This document shows, piece after piece, positions 41,987 to 52,739 of a DNA stretch of 64,000 nt; positions within the stretch are counted from its first letter, which is position 1; each line of letters starts with the position of its first letter. This DNA is from an uncultured delta proteobacterium (GTDB lineage: Bacteria; Desulfobacterota; Binatia; Binatales; Binataceae). Where the stretch lies: contig CAWCDG010000008.1 of the NCBI GenBank assembly GCA_963794325.1, forward strand, positions 1-64,000. The letters run 5' to 3'. The notes below the pieces were generated by a model. It was not told the DNA's origin. It ran no database searches and worked only from the letters and a program-made list of their open reading frames with translations. The position numbers were made by a program, and so were the translations under genes.

Positions 41987-43069
41987 ATGCACGCCGTGAA
42001 CGAGAACCGCCAAATCTCCGCCGAAGCGCCGCCCGTAAGCACCGACTTCCGCGACTTGACCCTCGAAGAAGTCGAGCAACTCGTCTCGAGCATCGGCGAG
42101 CGTTCATATCGCGCGCGCCAGATTTTGCATTGGGTACACGCTCGCGGCGCCGAGTCTTTCGACGAGATGCGCGATCTGCCGGCCACGCTTCGAAATTATC
42201 TGAAGCAAAACTTCACGATCGGGCACCCGGTATCGTCGTTCGTCTCGCGCTCATCCGACGGCACCCGAAAATTGCTGATTCGCCTCGACGATGCCGAAGA
42301 AATCGAATCGGTGATAATCCCCACTGAGAAGCGCGTGACGCTTTGCATGTCGAGCCAGGTCGGATGCGCGATGGCCTGCGAATTCTGCGCGACCGCCCGC
42401 ATGGGATTGCATCGCAATCTCACCAGCTCCGAGATGCTCGCACAGATCTTCGCCGCTCGACGCGAGCTGGCCGCGGCCGAGGAGCTAACCAACTACGTCT
42501 TCATGGGGATGGGCGAGCCGCTCGCGAATTACCCGCGCCTCGTACAGACGCTCGCGATAATGACTTCGGAGTGGGGGATGGGCATCTCGCCGCGCCGCAT
42601 CACGGTCTCGACCGTCGGGTTGGTCCCGATGATGGAGCGACTGCTGAGCGAGACTCCAGTCAATCTCGCGGTTTCACTGCACGCGACGACCAACGATCTC
42701 CGCGATCGTCTGGCGCCGATCAATAAGCGCTACCCTCTGGAAGTATTGCTCGACGCATGCCGCAACCTGCCGATCAAGCGGCGCAGCCGAATCACCTTTG
42801 AGTATGTGATGCTGGCCGGGGTGAACGATTCCCTCGCCGACGCGCGGCGCCTGGTGAAGCTGCTCGCGCCTCTGCGCGGCAAAGTTAATTTGATCTTTTA
42901 CAATCCTCTCCCTGATTCTCCCCTGCAGACCAGCTCGCGCGCCGCAGTCGAGGCCTTTCAAGCGATCCTTAAGAACGGTAATTTGACCGCTACAATCCGC
43001 GAAAGCCGGGGGCTCGATATTGCGGCGGCATGCGGTCAGCTTTACGCCGAACAGCACAGCCCGGCCTGA
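41987..43069 (+). CDS. rlmN: 23S rRNA/tRNA m2A methyltransferase RlmN
   Basis: SSQVGCAMACEFC, MGMGEP, SLHA, AACGQL. Confidence 0.95.
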   Translation: MHAVNENRQISAEAPPVSTDFRDLTLEEVEQLVSSIGERSYRARQILHWVHARGAESFDEMRDLPATLRNYLKQNFTIGHPVSSFVSRSSDGTRKLLIRLDDAEEIESVIIPTEKRVTLCMSSQVGCAMACEFCATARMGLHRNLTSSEMLAQIFAARRELAAAEELTNYVFMGMGEPLANYPRLVQTLAIMTSEWGMGISPRRITVSTVGLVPMMERLLSETPVNLAVSLHATTNDLRDRLAPINKRYPLEVLLDACRNLPIKRRSRITFEYVMLAGVNDSLADARRLVKLLAPLRGKVNLIFYNPLPDSPLQTSSRAAVEAFQAILKNGNLTATIRESRGLDIAAACGQLYAEQHSPA

Positions 43070-43092
43070 AGGCGTCAACCGAAAAAACAAAA

Positions 43093-43956
43093 ATGTCACA
43101 AAACATACTCGGAGTGATTGGGGGCAGCGGCTTCTACCAGATGAAGGGGCTGGACAAGGTCGAGCTGATGGAGCTCGAAACCCCGTTCGGCCGCCCATCC
43201 GATCCGTTCTATCAAGGACGCATCGGCGACATCGAAGTCGTTTTTCTCGCGCGCCACGGCCGTGGCCACCGACTGCTGCCGTCGGAAATAAATTTTCGCG
43301 CCAACGTTTTCGGGATGAAGCAGCTCGGCGTGACCCATCTCGTTTCGGTATCCACCGCAGGCAGCTTGAAAGAGAAAATTCATCCCGGCGAGCTGGTGGT
43401 GCCAAATCAGTTTATCGATCGGACATTCAAACGCCCCGAGACGTTCTTTGGCGATGGCCTGGTAGTTCACGTCTCGCTGGCTGATCCGGTGTGTGAGAAT
43501 CTCGCGAAGGATCTGGTCGTTGCAACCCGTGCGAGTGGCGCGACGGTTCATGACAGTGGCACCTATCTCTGCATGGAAGGACCACAATTCTCGACCCGCG
43601 CCGAGTCGCATTTGTATAGAAGCTGGAATGCGAGCGTCATCAGCATGACTGCGATGCAGGAAGCGCGGCTCGCTCGCGAGGCCGAGATGTGTTACGCGAC
43701 GCTGGTGCTGGTGACCGACTACGATTGCTGGCACGAGTCGGTCGCCGCGGTGGACATCGGCGAAATCCTGCGCGTCATGAAACTCAACGTGGACAAGGCG
43801 CAGAGTGCGGTGTCGGCGCTGGCGCATACGCTCGGAAATCGTCCGCGGATCTGCGCGTGCAAGGACGCACTCAAGAACACGATCATCACCGATCGCGCGG
43901 CAATTCCGCAGCGCTTGATCGACGACTTGCGTCCGCTGGTAGGCAAGTATCTTTAG
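43093..43956 (+). CDS. mtnP: 5'-methylthioadenosine phosphorylase
   Basis: IGGSG, TPFG.PS, ARHG..H, MEGPQFSTRAES, TDYDCW. Confidence 0.92.
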   Translation: MSQNILGVIGGSGFYQMKGLDKVELMELETPFGRPSDPFYQGRIGDIEVVFLARHGRGHRLLPSEINFRANVFGMKQLGVTHLVSVSTAGSLKEKIHPGELVVPNQFIDRTFKRPETFFGDGLVVHVSLADPVCENLAKDLVVATRASGATVHDSGTYLCMEGPQFSTRAESHLYRSWNASVISMTAMQEARLAREAEMCYATLVLVTDYDCWHESVAAVDIGEILRVMKLNVDKAQSAVSALAHTLGNRPRICACKDALKNTIITDRAAIPQRLIDDLRPLVGKYL

Positions 43957-43992
43957 GATCGAAAATCCCGCGATGGTGAAGGTGCAAGATAG

Positions 43993-44916
43993 ATGAGCAT
44001 TGTGGTGGTTGGGTTCCTGGCCTACGACACGGTCGAAACGCCCAATGGCAAAGTCGAGGAAGTGCTCGGCGGCGGCGCCAGCTATTTTGCGATTGCGGCC
44101 AGATTTTTTTCGCCGGTCAGCATCGTCGCGGTGGTCGGTTCGGATTTCAAGGCCGAGGACATGCGGCTGTTCACCGATCGGAATATCGACGTGCGCGGAG
44201 TCGCGAAGCGCGAAGGGAAGACCACGCGGTGGCACGGCCGCTATCACGAAGATATGAACGTACGCGACACGGTCGCGCTCTCGCTGAACGTTCTCGAGAA
44301 TTTCACCCCAGAACTGCTGCCCGACCAATGCCGCGCCGACTATCTGTACCTCGCGCCGAATAATCCCGATCTCCAGGAGCACGTACTCGATCAGGTGCTC
44401 AGTCCCAAAGTCGTCGTCGCGGATCTGTATGACTATTGGATCGAGAACACTCGCCCCGGCCTCGCCAAAATCCTCGAGCGAATCCAGATCCTGCTTTGCA
44501 GCGACAACGAGGCGCGCGTGCTCACCGGTGAGCACAACCTGGTGAAGGCCGGACGCGCGATCCTGAAAATGGGACCAGGCACCGTCCTGATCAAACGCGG
44601 CGAATACGGGGTGCTTCAGTTCAGCAAGGAAGGAATGTTCGCAGTCCCTGCATATCCGCTCGAAGAGGTCGTCGATCCCACCGGTGCAGGCGACACGTTC
44701 GCCGGTGCCATGATGGGTTTCCTCGCGCGGCATGGACGCATCACGGAATCGTCGCTGCGCACGGCAGTCGTGTACGGCAGCGTGTTGGCATCATTCGTCG
44801 TCGAGCGATTCTCGCTCGAGCGGCTGTTGGATCTGAGCTGGGAAGAGATAGAAAATCGCTATCGCGAATTCATTACTCTAATCGATTCTCATCATTCGAG
44901 ATGGACTACTCAGTAG
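43993..44916 (+). CDS. PfkB family sugar/nucleoside kinase
   Basis: GGGASY, DPTGAGDTFAG. Confidence 0.9.
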   Translation: MSIVVVGFLAYDTVETPNGKVEEVLGGGASYFAIAARFFSPVSIVAVVGSDFKAEDMRLFTDRNIDVRGVAKREGKTTRWHGRYHEDMNVRDTVALSLNVLENFTPELLPDQCRADYLYLAPNNPDLQEHVLDQVLSPKVVVADLYDYWIENTRPGLAKILERIQILLCSDNEARVLTGEHNLVKAGRAILKMGPGTVLIKRGEYGVLQFSKEGMFAVPAYPLEEVVDPTGAGDTFAGAMMGFLARHGRITESSLRTAVVYGSVLASFVVERFSLERLLDLSWEEIENRYREFITLIDSHHSRWTTQ

Positions 44917-45839
44917 TCATTCCGCTCTACAACGAGCGGGATAATCTCGCCCCGCTGCACGCGGAATTGACCCGCGTGATGCAGAGCCTCGGCCGCACCT
45001 ACGAACTTATTTTTGTGGACGACGGCAGCACCGACGGCGGCATCGACGCGCTGCGCCAAATTAAATCCGCCGACCAGAACGTTCGCGTGATTTCTCTGGC
45101 GCGCAACTCCGGACAGACCGCCGCGCTGGCGTGCGGTTTCTCGCATGCGGCCGGCGACGTGATAATCGCGATGGACGGCGACGGCCAAAACGATCCCGCC
45201 GACATCCCGCGGCTGCTCGCCAAGCTCGACGAAGGCTACGACCTCGCGAGCGGCTGGCGTACCGAGCGATGGCAAACGGAGCGGTTCACTCGCCGGCTGC
45301 CTTCAATGGCGGCAAATTCGCTGATTTCCGCGATGACCGGCGTGAAGCTTCACGACTATGGCTGCACCTTCAAGGCGTACCGGCGCGATCTCGCGCGCAG
45401 CCTGCAGCTCTACGGCGAGATGCATCGATTTGTTCCCGCGATCGCAGCGGAGCAGGGCGCGCGAATCGCTGAAGTCGAGATCGGATTCCGGCCGCGTCGC
45501 GCCGGCATCTCGAAGTACGGACTATGGCGCATCGTGCGCACGCTGCTCGATCTGATCACAGTCAAATTTCTTTCCGGCTATTCCACCGCGCCAATACAGG
45601 TGTTCGGCTTGATCGGCATCATCCTCGGCGGACTCGGCAGCCTGTGGACCTTCATCCTCGTGATGGAGAAAATATTGCTGGGACATGAACTGGGTAATCG
45701 ACCCGCGCTGCTGTTGGCGGTGTTGTTAGTAGTCGTCGGAGTACAATTCGTAAGTATAGGACTGCTCGGCGAGATGCTCGCGCGGACCTATCACGAGTCG
45801 CAGGGCAAGCCGATCTACGTAATCAGGGAAGAATTCTAG
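44901..45839 (+). CDS. GT2 polyprenol-phosphate glycosyltransferase (ArnC/DPM1-like)
   Basis: SVVIP.YNE, VDDGSTD, MDGDGQNDP, two C-terminal TM helices. Confidence 0.9.
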   Translation: MDYSVVIPLYNERDNLAPLHAELTRVMQSLGRTYELIFVDDGSTDGGIDALRQIKSADQNVRVISLARNSGQTAALACGFSHAAGDVIIAMDGDGQNDPADIPRLLAKLDEGYDLASGWRTERWQTERFTRRLPSMAANSLISAMTGVKLHDYGCTFKAYRRDLARSLQLYGEMHRFVPAIAAEQGARIAEVEIGFRPRRAGISKYGLWRIVRTLLDLITVKFLSGYSTAPIQVFGLIGIILGGLGSLWTFILVMEKILLGHELGNRPALLLAVLLVVVGVQFVSIGLLGEMLARTYHESQGKPIYVIREEF

Positions 45840-45848
45840 GGGCTATCG

Positions 45849-47156
45849 ATGAACATCGCAGTCGTGGGGAGCGGATACGTCGGACTGGTGAGCGGTACCT
45901 GTTATGCCGAAAGCGGCAACGAAGTAGTTTGCGTCGATATCGACCAGAAACGGATCGCGCAACTCTGCGAAGGCAAGATCCCGATCTACGAGCCGGGACT
46001 CGAAGAGCTAGTGCGGCGCAATTTGAAGGAAGGCCGGCTTCGTTTCACCACCGACATCGCCGATGCGATCAAGCAATCGATGGTCTCGTACATTGCCGTG
46101 GGCACTCCCATGAGCGCGTCGGGCGCCGCCGACTTGAGTGCTATTCTCCAGGCCGCCGAGGATATCGCGAACGCCATCACGGGCTATCACATCGTTGCGA
46201 TCAAGAGCACGGTTCCGGTTGGCACCAACGATCGTGTGCGCGAGATCGTCAGCCGCGTCGCCAAGCATCGCGCGGACGTATGTTCGGTCCCGGAGTTTCT
46301 CAAGGAAGGCTCCGCGATCGAGGATTTCATGCGACCCGACCGCGTCGTGATCGGAAGTCTCAGCGATCAGGCGACCGCGATCCTTAAAGAAATTCACAAC
46401 CCATTCGTGCGCACTGACAATCCGATCCTCGTGATGGACCCGCGCTCGGCCGAGCTGACCAAGTACGCCTCCAACGCGATGCTCGCGATGCGCATCTCGT
46501 TCATCAACGAGATGGCGACGTTGTGTGACGCCGTCGGCGCCGACATCAACGCCGTCCGCCGCGGGCTCGGCACCGACAAGCGCATCGGCTCGTCCTTCCT
46601 GTTCCCCGGCGTCGGGTACGGCGGTTCATGCTTCCCCAAGGACGTGCAGGCCGTGATTCATACCGCGAGCGAGCACAATCTCGACTTCGCGCTGCTGCGC
46701 GCGGCGGAAGCGGTGAATTCCCGCCAGAAGCGGCTGATACCCTCGCGCGTCAAGCAGCACTTCGGACAAAATCTGACTGGGCGCACGTTTGCGATTTGGG
46801 GGCTTGCATTCAAGCCGCGCACTGACGACATGCGCGAGGCCCCGGCGCTGGTCGTGATCGAGGAGCTCCTGCAGGCCGGCGCGCAATGCCGCGTGCACGA
46901 TCCCGAAGCGCTCGAGAACGCGCGCAAGATTTTTGGCGATCGCGTCACCTACCACAAAACCAACTACGAGGCGCTCAAGGACGCCGACGCGCTGCTCATT
47001 CTGACTGAATGGAACGAGTTTCGGCACCCCAACTTCCAGCGCATCAAGGCCGAGTTGAAAGAGCCGGTGATATTCGACGGCCGGAACCTGTATGATCCAG
47101 ACCTGATGAAGGCGCTCGAACTGCGTTACTACTCGGTCGGCCGCCACCCGGTTTAG
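45849..47156 (+). CDS. ugd: UDP-glucose 6-dehydrogenase
   Basis: GSGYVG, KSTVP, PEFLKEG, GGSCFPKD. Confidence 0.93.
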   Translation: MNIAVVGSGYVGLVSGTCYAESGNEVVCVDIDQKRIAQLCEGKIPIYEPGLEELVRRNLKEGRLRFTTDIADAIKQSMVSYIAVGTPMSASGAADLSAILQAAEDIANAITGYHIVAIKSTVPVGTNDRVREIVSRVAKHRADVCSVPEFLKEGSAIEDFMRPDRVVIGSLSDQATAILKEIHNPFVRTDNPILVMDPRSAELTKYASNAMLAMRISFINEMATLCDAVGADINAVRRGLGTDKRIGSSFLFPGVGYGGSCFPKDVQAVIHTASEHNLDFALLRAAEAVNSRQKRLIPSRVKQHFGQNLTGRTFAIWGLAFKPRTDDMREAPALVVIEELLQAGAQCRVHDPEALENARKIFGDRVTYHKTNYEALKDADALLILTEWNEFRHPNFQRIKAELKEPVIFDGRNLYDPDLMKALELRYYSVGRHPV

Positions 47157-47171
47157 GACAAGGACACTTCT

Positions 47172-48113
47172 ATGAGAATTCTGGTGACCGGCGGCGCCGG
47201 CTTTATCGGCTCGCACACGGTGGATGCGCTAGTGGCCTCCGGTGCCGGCGAAGTGTCAGTGCTGGATAACTTCTCCACCGGCAAGCGCCACCAGGTGAAC
47301 CCAAAAGCGACGCTATGTCAGACCGACCTGCGGGACGCTGCCGCGGTTACAGCCGTCGTCGAAAAAGTGCGGCCCGAGATTATCGTTCACCTTGCCGCTC
47401 AGATGGACGTGCGGCGCTCGGTCGCCGATCCTGCGTTCGACGCGAATGTGAACGTAGTCGGCTTCCTCAACCTGATCGAATCGTCGCGCAAGCACGGATT
47501 GAAGCGCGTAGTTTTTTCCTCGACCGGCGGTGCGATTTACGGCGAGCAGGACGAGTTCCCGTGCACCGAGGATCATCCGAAACGCCCGGTGAGTCCGTAC
47601 GGCGTCGCGAAGCTGGCGACCGAAGCCTATCTGTTCTTTTATAAGGTCGAGTACGGGATCGACTACCTGGCGCTGAGATTTGGCAACGTGTACGGCCCGC
47701 GCCAGGACCCGCACGGGGAAGCAGGCGTCATCTCGATCTTCTGCGGCAAAATTCTCGACGGCCAGTCTGTGACGATCTACGGCGACGGCACGCAAACGCG
47801 CGACTATGTTTATGTCGGCGACGTGGTGAGGGCGGTCGTATCCGCGTCGAAGTCCAACGCTTCGGGAATCGCACTCAACATCGGCACTGGGCTTGAGACC
47901 AACGTCAACGACCTCTACTCGACGCTCGCGAGCATTGCCGATTTTCCGACCAAGGCCACGCATGCGCCGGCGCGTCCCGGCGAGCAAAAGCGATCGGTCA
48001 TCTCACCGGCGCGCGCGGAAAAGGAACTCGGCTGGCGTCCCGAAAAGAAACTCAGCGAAGGACTCGAAGAGACCTTCAAATATTTCAAGCAGCAACGCGA
48101 CCGTTCGAGTTGA
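47172..48113 (+). CDS. NAD-dependent epimerase/dehydratase (GalE-like)
   Basis: [29 protein letters not shown]. Confidence 0.9.
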   Translation: MRILVTGGAGFIGSHTVDALVASGAGEVSVLDNFSTGKRHQVNPKATLCQTDLRDAAAVTAVVEKVRPEIIVHLAAQMDVRRSVADPAFDANVNVVGFLNLIESSRKHGLKRVVFSSTGGAIYGEQDEFPCTEDHPKRPVSPYGVAKLATEAYLFFYKVEYGIDYLALRFGNVYGPRQDPHGEAGVISIFCGKILDGQSVTIYGDGTQTRDYVYVGDVVRAVVSASKSNASGIALNIGTGLETNVNDLYSTLASIADFPTKATHAPARPGEQKRSVISPARAEKELGWRPEKKLSEGLEETFKYFKQQRDRSS

Positions 48114-48114
48114 A

Positions 48115-49917
48115 ATGACCGAAGCCTCCTCGATTCGCAACTTTTCGATCATCGCGCATATCGATCACGGCAAGTCCACGCTCGCCGATCGAATCCTCGA
48201 GCGCACCGGTGCGCTCACCATGCGCGAGTCCAAGGATCAGTTCCTCGACTCGATGGACCTCGAGCGCGAGCGCGGAATCACGATCAAGGCGCGCTCGGTG
48301 CGCCTCAACTACACGGCGAAAGACGGCCGGGGCTACGTCCTCAACTTGATCGATACCCCCGGCCACGTCGATTTCGCGTACGAAGTATCGCGCAGCCTCG
48401 CGGCGTGCGAGGGCGCGCTGCTAGTGGTCGACGCGAGCCAGGGTGTCGAGGCGCAGACGCTCGCCAACGTATATCTCGCGCTCGATCACGGTCTCGAGAT
48501 TATTCCCGTAATCAACAAGATCGATTTGCCCGGCGCCGACATCGATCGCACCAAGCAGCAAATCGAAGAGATCATTGGGCTCGATGCCTCCGACGCAATT
48601 CTGACCAGCGCGAAAGAGGGCATCGGTATCGACGACGTGCTCGAGGCGATCGTCGCGCGAATTCCCGCCCCCAAACCGACTGACGAGGACAGTGTCCGAG
48701 CGCTCATCTTCGACAGTTGGTACGACGTATACGAAGGCGTGATCGGTTTGGTCCGCGTGTTCGGCGGCGAGCTTCGCATCGGCATGAAAGTTCGCCTGAT
48801 GGGCACCGACAAGCTCGGCGAGGTGATGCGCCTGGGACATTTTACGCCGCACGAGCGCCGGGCAGATACGCTCGGCCCCGGCGAGGTCGGATTTATCGTT
48901 GCGGGAATCAAGACCGTTGCGGACATGCGGGTCGGCGACACGATTACCGACGCCGACAATCCCGCGACGGCGCCGCTGCCCGGCTTCAAGGAATTGAAGC
49001 CGATGGTCTTCGCAGGCCTCTATCCCACCGAGGCGAATCAGTACGGCGCGCTGCGCGATGCGATCGAAAAGCTGCGCCTCAACGACGCGAGCCTCATCTG
49101 CGAGCCCGAGACTTCGCAGGCGCTGGGCTTCGGCTTTCGCGCTGGATTCCTCGGCTTGCTGCATATGGAAATCGCGCAGGAGCGCCTCGAGCGCGAATTC
49201 GGCATCAACCTGATCGTCACCGCACCGACCGTCGCCTACCAGGTGCGGACCATCTCGGGCCAGCTGACGACCGTCGACAATCCGTCGCGGCTGCCTGACG
49301 AGAACACGATCGAGGCGATCGAGGAGCCGTTCATCCTCACATCTATCCACATGCCTGAGGAATATCTCGGCGCCGTCATGAAACTGTGCGAAGACCGCCG
49401 CGGCCTCCAGCGCGATTTGCGCTTCCTCGGCGAGAAGCGCGTCATCCTGCACTATGAGCTGCCGCTGGCGGAAATCGTTTTCGATTTTTACGACCGGCTG
49501 AAATCAGTGAGCCGCGGCTACGCGTCGCTGGACTACGAGTTTCTGGACTTCCGGGCCGGCCCTCTGGTTAAATTGGATATACGGATCAACGGTGAGGTGG
49601 TCGACGCGCTTTCGATAATCGTGCATCGCGACAAGGCTTACGAACGAGGCCGGGCGTTGTGCGAAAAAATGCGCGAGTTGATCCCGCGCCAAATGTTCGA
49701 AGTCGCGATTCAAGCTGGCATCGGCGCGAAGATTATCGCGCGCGAATCCGTCAAGGCGCTGCGCAAGAACGTTACCGCCAAATGTTACGGCGGCGATATC
49801 ACGCGAAAACGAAAGCTGCTCGAGAAGCAAAAGGAAGGCAAGAAGCGGATGAAACAGGTCGGGCGCGTCGAGATTCCGCAAGAGGCCTTCCTGGCCCTGC
49901 TAAAGGTCGGGGAGTAG
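48115..49917 (+). CDS. lepA: Elongation factor 4
   Basis: [38 protein letters not shown]. Confidence 0.97.
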   Translation: MTEASSIRNFSIIAHIDHGKSTLADRILERTGALTMRESKDQFLDSMDLERERGITIKARSVRLNYTAKDGRGYVLNLIDTPGHVDFAYEVSRSLAACEGALLVVDASQGVEAQTLANVYLALDHGLEIIPVINKIDLPGADIDRTKQQIEEIIGLDASDAILTSAKEGIGIDDVLEAIVARIPAPKPTDEDSVRALIFDSWYDVYEGVIGLVRVFGGELRIGMKVRLMGTDKLGEVMRLGHFTPHERRADTLGPGEVGFIVAGIKTVADMRVGDTITDADNPATAPLPGFKELKPMVFAGLYPTEANQYGALRDAIEKLRLNDASLICEPETSQALGFGFRAGFLGLLHMEIAQERLEREFGINLIVTAPTVAYQVRTISGQLTTVDNPSRLPDENTIEAIEEPFILTSIHMPEEYLGAVMKLCEDRRGLQRDLRFLGEKRVILHYELPLAEIVFDFYDRLKSVSRGYASLDYEFLDFRAGPLVKLDIRINGEVVDALSIIVHRDKAYERGRALCEKMRELIPRQMFEVAIQAGIGAKIIARESVKALRKNVTAKCYGGDITRKRKLLEKQKEGKKRMKQVGRVEIPQEAFLALLKVGE

Positions 49918-49923
49918 GCAGCA

Positions 49924-50673
49924 GTGGCCGAACCAGCTCGCAATATTTCCAAAGTGCAGCCGTTGAACGCCCGCGACAACGATCGTGTGCCCGAGCAGAA
50001 ATCTGTCGCGCGCGAGTACGCAGAGGCGATGATCATCGCGCTCTTGCTCGCGGTTTTCATTCGTACGTTTTTCATCCAGGCGTACAAGATTCCGTCGGGC
50101 TCGATGGAGCCGACGCTGCTCATCGGCGATCACATCCTCGTAAACAAAATTATTTTCGGGTTGCGGATGCCCGATTCGATTTTCGGCCTCGAGATTCCCG
50201 GGCTCCCGCTCGGTCAGTACGTGTTCCATCTCGAACCGGTGCATCGCGGCGACGTCGTTGTCTTCGTATTCCCGCCCGATCGCACCAAGGATTTCATCAA
50301 GCGCGTCATCGGAACTGCCGGCGATACGATCGCAGTGAAGAACGGGGTCGTATGGCTTAACGGCTCGCCGATGGACGATCCGCACGCGCATCGCGAGGTC
50401 GCCGACACCGATCGCTCGCCCGTGTCGCCGCGTGACAACTTCGGACCCGTGACCGTCCCGCCGGGCAAACTGTTCATGATGGGCGACAATCGCGATCGCA
50501 GCTACGACAGCCGCTTTTGGGGTTTCGTCGATCTCAACGACGTCGAAGGACGCGCCACGATAATTTACCTGCCCTGGAATGAAGAAAAAGCCGACGCGGC
50601 ATCGACGCTGAGCGAAGTCTTTCTGTGGTTCGAGTACCTCAGGTGGGATCGGCTCGGGATGATCGTGCACTAG
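49924..50673 (+). CDS. lepB: Signal peptidase I
   Basis: IPSGSMEPTL, FIKRVIG, MGDNRD.S.DSR. Confidence 0.95.
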   Translation: MAEPARNISKVQPLNARDNDRVPEQKSVAREYAEAMIIALLLAVFIRTFFIQAYKIPSGSMEPTLLIGDHILVNKIIFGLRMPDSIFGLEIPGLPLGQYVFHLEPVHRGDVVVFVFPPDRTKDFIKRVIGTAGDTIAVKNGVVWLNGSPMDDPHAHREVADTDRSPVSPRDNFGPVTVPPGKLFMMGDNRDRSYDSRFWGFVDLNDVEGRATIIYLPWNEEKADAASTLSEVFLWFEYLRWDRLGMIVH

Positions 50674-50692
50674 CCCGAGCGGGGGATATCAC

Positions 50693-51292
50693 GTGGCGGA
50701 CGAAGCGGTGAACCGGATTGGCGCGATGCTCGAAGAATTGGGCGCGCGATTCGATCTGGTAGTCGAGGCTGTATCAGGATTCGGCGGACGCCTCGATACC
50801 TTGCGCGACGAAATCTTCGGCCAGTTCGCGGAAGTCGGCGGCCAGATTCGCTTTCTGTCCGAGCAGATCGCCGAGAATCGCCGGGGCATTGTCGCCTCGC
50901 GCGCCGATCTCGGCGCCGAGATGATCCGACTGGGCGAGGCGCTGGGCAAGGCGCGCGTCGAGTTCCGCGAGGAATTGTTGGCCGCGCAGACCGGGCTTCG
51001 AGGAGAATTCGCCGCGCGAGCGGTTGAGTTCCGCGATGAAACCGCACGCGCCGTCGCAACCACCGGACAGCAAGCTCTGAATTCAGGCGGCGAAACCGCC
51101 AAAGTACTCAAGCGCGAAATCGCATCGTCGGCCGAAATCGCAGCGAAGAAGCTTAGCGCCGATCTCAAACAGACCAACAAATCGCTGGCCAACCTCGCCC
51201 ACAAATTTGACCGCTTCGACGATCGAATCACGGTCCAGACCCGCGACCAGGATCAGCGCCTGCGCAAACTGGAACGCAAACGCGGCGCGTAA
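50693..51292 (+). CDS. Coiled-coil hypothetical protein
   Basis: Heptad-rich 199-aa ORF in operon position. Confidence 0.65.
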   Translation: MADEAVNRIGAMLEELGARFDLVVEAVSGFGGRLDTLRDEIFGQFAEVGGQIRFLSEQIAENRRGIVASRADLGAEMIRLGEALGKARVEFREELLAAQTGLRGEFAARAVEFRDETARAVATTGQQALNSGGETAKVLKREIASSAEIAAKKLSADLKQTNKSLANLAHKFDRFDDRITVQTRDQDQRLRKLERKRGA

Positions 51293-51309
51293 CTCGCGCA
51301 GCGCGAGAC

Positions 51310-52546
51310 ATGCCTCTCTATGAAGCCGACCGTCACGAGCGGTTAATCGGCGCCGAGTGGAACGAGGATCGCGCACGCGAGGCGATCGATCGAATCGTCA
51401 CCGACACGGACCGCAGGTTCGATCCCGACGCGCTGTGGCCAATCCATCCGCTCGATCGCTCGCCCGAACGGCCTCCCGATTCCATCAAGTACCTCTACCA
51501 TGGCGCGGGCGGAGTGATCTGGGCACTCAACTATCTAAACGAGACGGGTGCCACATCACTTAAGCGCGACTATCTTCCGACCGTGCGCCAACTGATTCCG
51601 CGAATTCGCGACGACATCGACAAATATCCTGAAATGCGGAAATACATGGGCGCCGAAGTCTCGTCGTACCTCATCGGCGAGGCCGGAATTCTTTTGCTGC
51701 ATTGGAAGATGGCGCCGTCCGAAGATGTCGCGCGGCAACTGTATGCCCATCTTGAAGCAAGAATCGGCGATCCGCGTGGGATCGCATGGGGCAGTGCGGG
51801 CGCGATGCTCGCGGCGCTCTTCATGGACGAGCGCACCGATGACACGCGCTGGAAAGATCTCTTCCTCCGAAGTTTCGAAGCGCTGCACGATGCAGTGGAG
51901 CTACTCTGACGAAGCTCGATGCCATCTTTGGAACTCGAGTCTGTACGGCGTCACAGAAATCCGCATCGGAGCTATTCACGGATTCGCCGCCAATGCATTC
52001 GCGATGCTTCGCGGACGCCATTTGCTCGAGCCAAGTCTTGCAGACGAAACGCTGCGCCGAATCTACGAGGCTGTTCATGCGACCGCGCAGATCGAAGGGC
52101 CCCACGCGAATTGGCCCAACAACGTAGGACCCACATCGAGGCCGGCGGCGCTGCCCATGGTGGTGCAACACTGCAATGGAGCCCCAGGCATCATCAACTG
52201 TCTAGCGGAATTTCCGAACGACGCGCGTTGGTCCATCGATGGTCTGCTGCTTCAAGCCGGCGAACTCGTGTGGGACGCGGGGCCGTCCGTCAAAATGCCC
52301 AGCCTGTGTCACGGCGCCGCCGGCACTGGCTACGCTTTGCTGAAACTGTACGCGCGCACCGGCCACGACAAATGGCTGCATCGCGCGCGCAAGTTTGCGA
52401 TGCACTCGATCGACCAGTGCGACCGAGCCCTCACTAAATATGGCCAGCGGAAATTTTCGCTCTGGACCGGAGACCTCGGTCTCGCGATCTATCTGTGGGA
52501 CTGTGTGAGAGTTATCGCGGAGTTCCCCACGCTCGACGTCTTCTGA
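51310..52546 (+). CDS. Stand-alone LanC-like protein, +1 frameshift near 51890
   Basis: LYHGAGG, IHGFA, HCNGAPG, LCHGAAG, SLWTG..G motifs across two frames. Confidence 0.85.
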
Positions 52547-52739
52547 TACTAGTGTTCACGATCAGCCGGATGGTGCGCATAGTCAAAAATTAGCTGAATG
52601 GTGTTCTTCCTGTAACGGAAGACCACTGGTGTATCGATCGAGGCGGTGTCAGTTTCGAGGAGTTCTGAGCGGAGGACTATGAGCATCAACATGCCGCGCC
52701 CGCGGAGCCGGACGCACCGATTGAGCCCGAAGAACGCCG

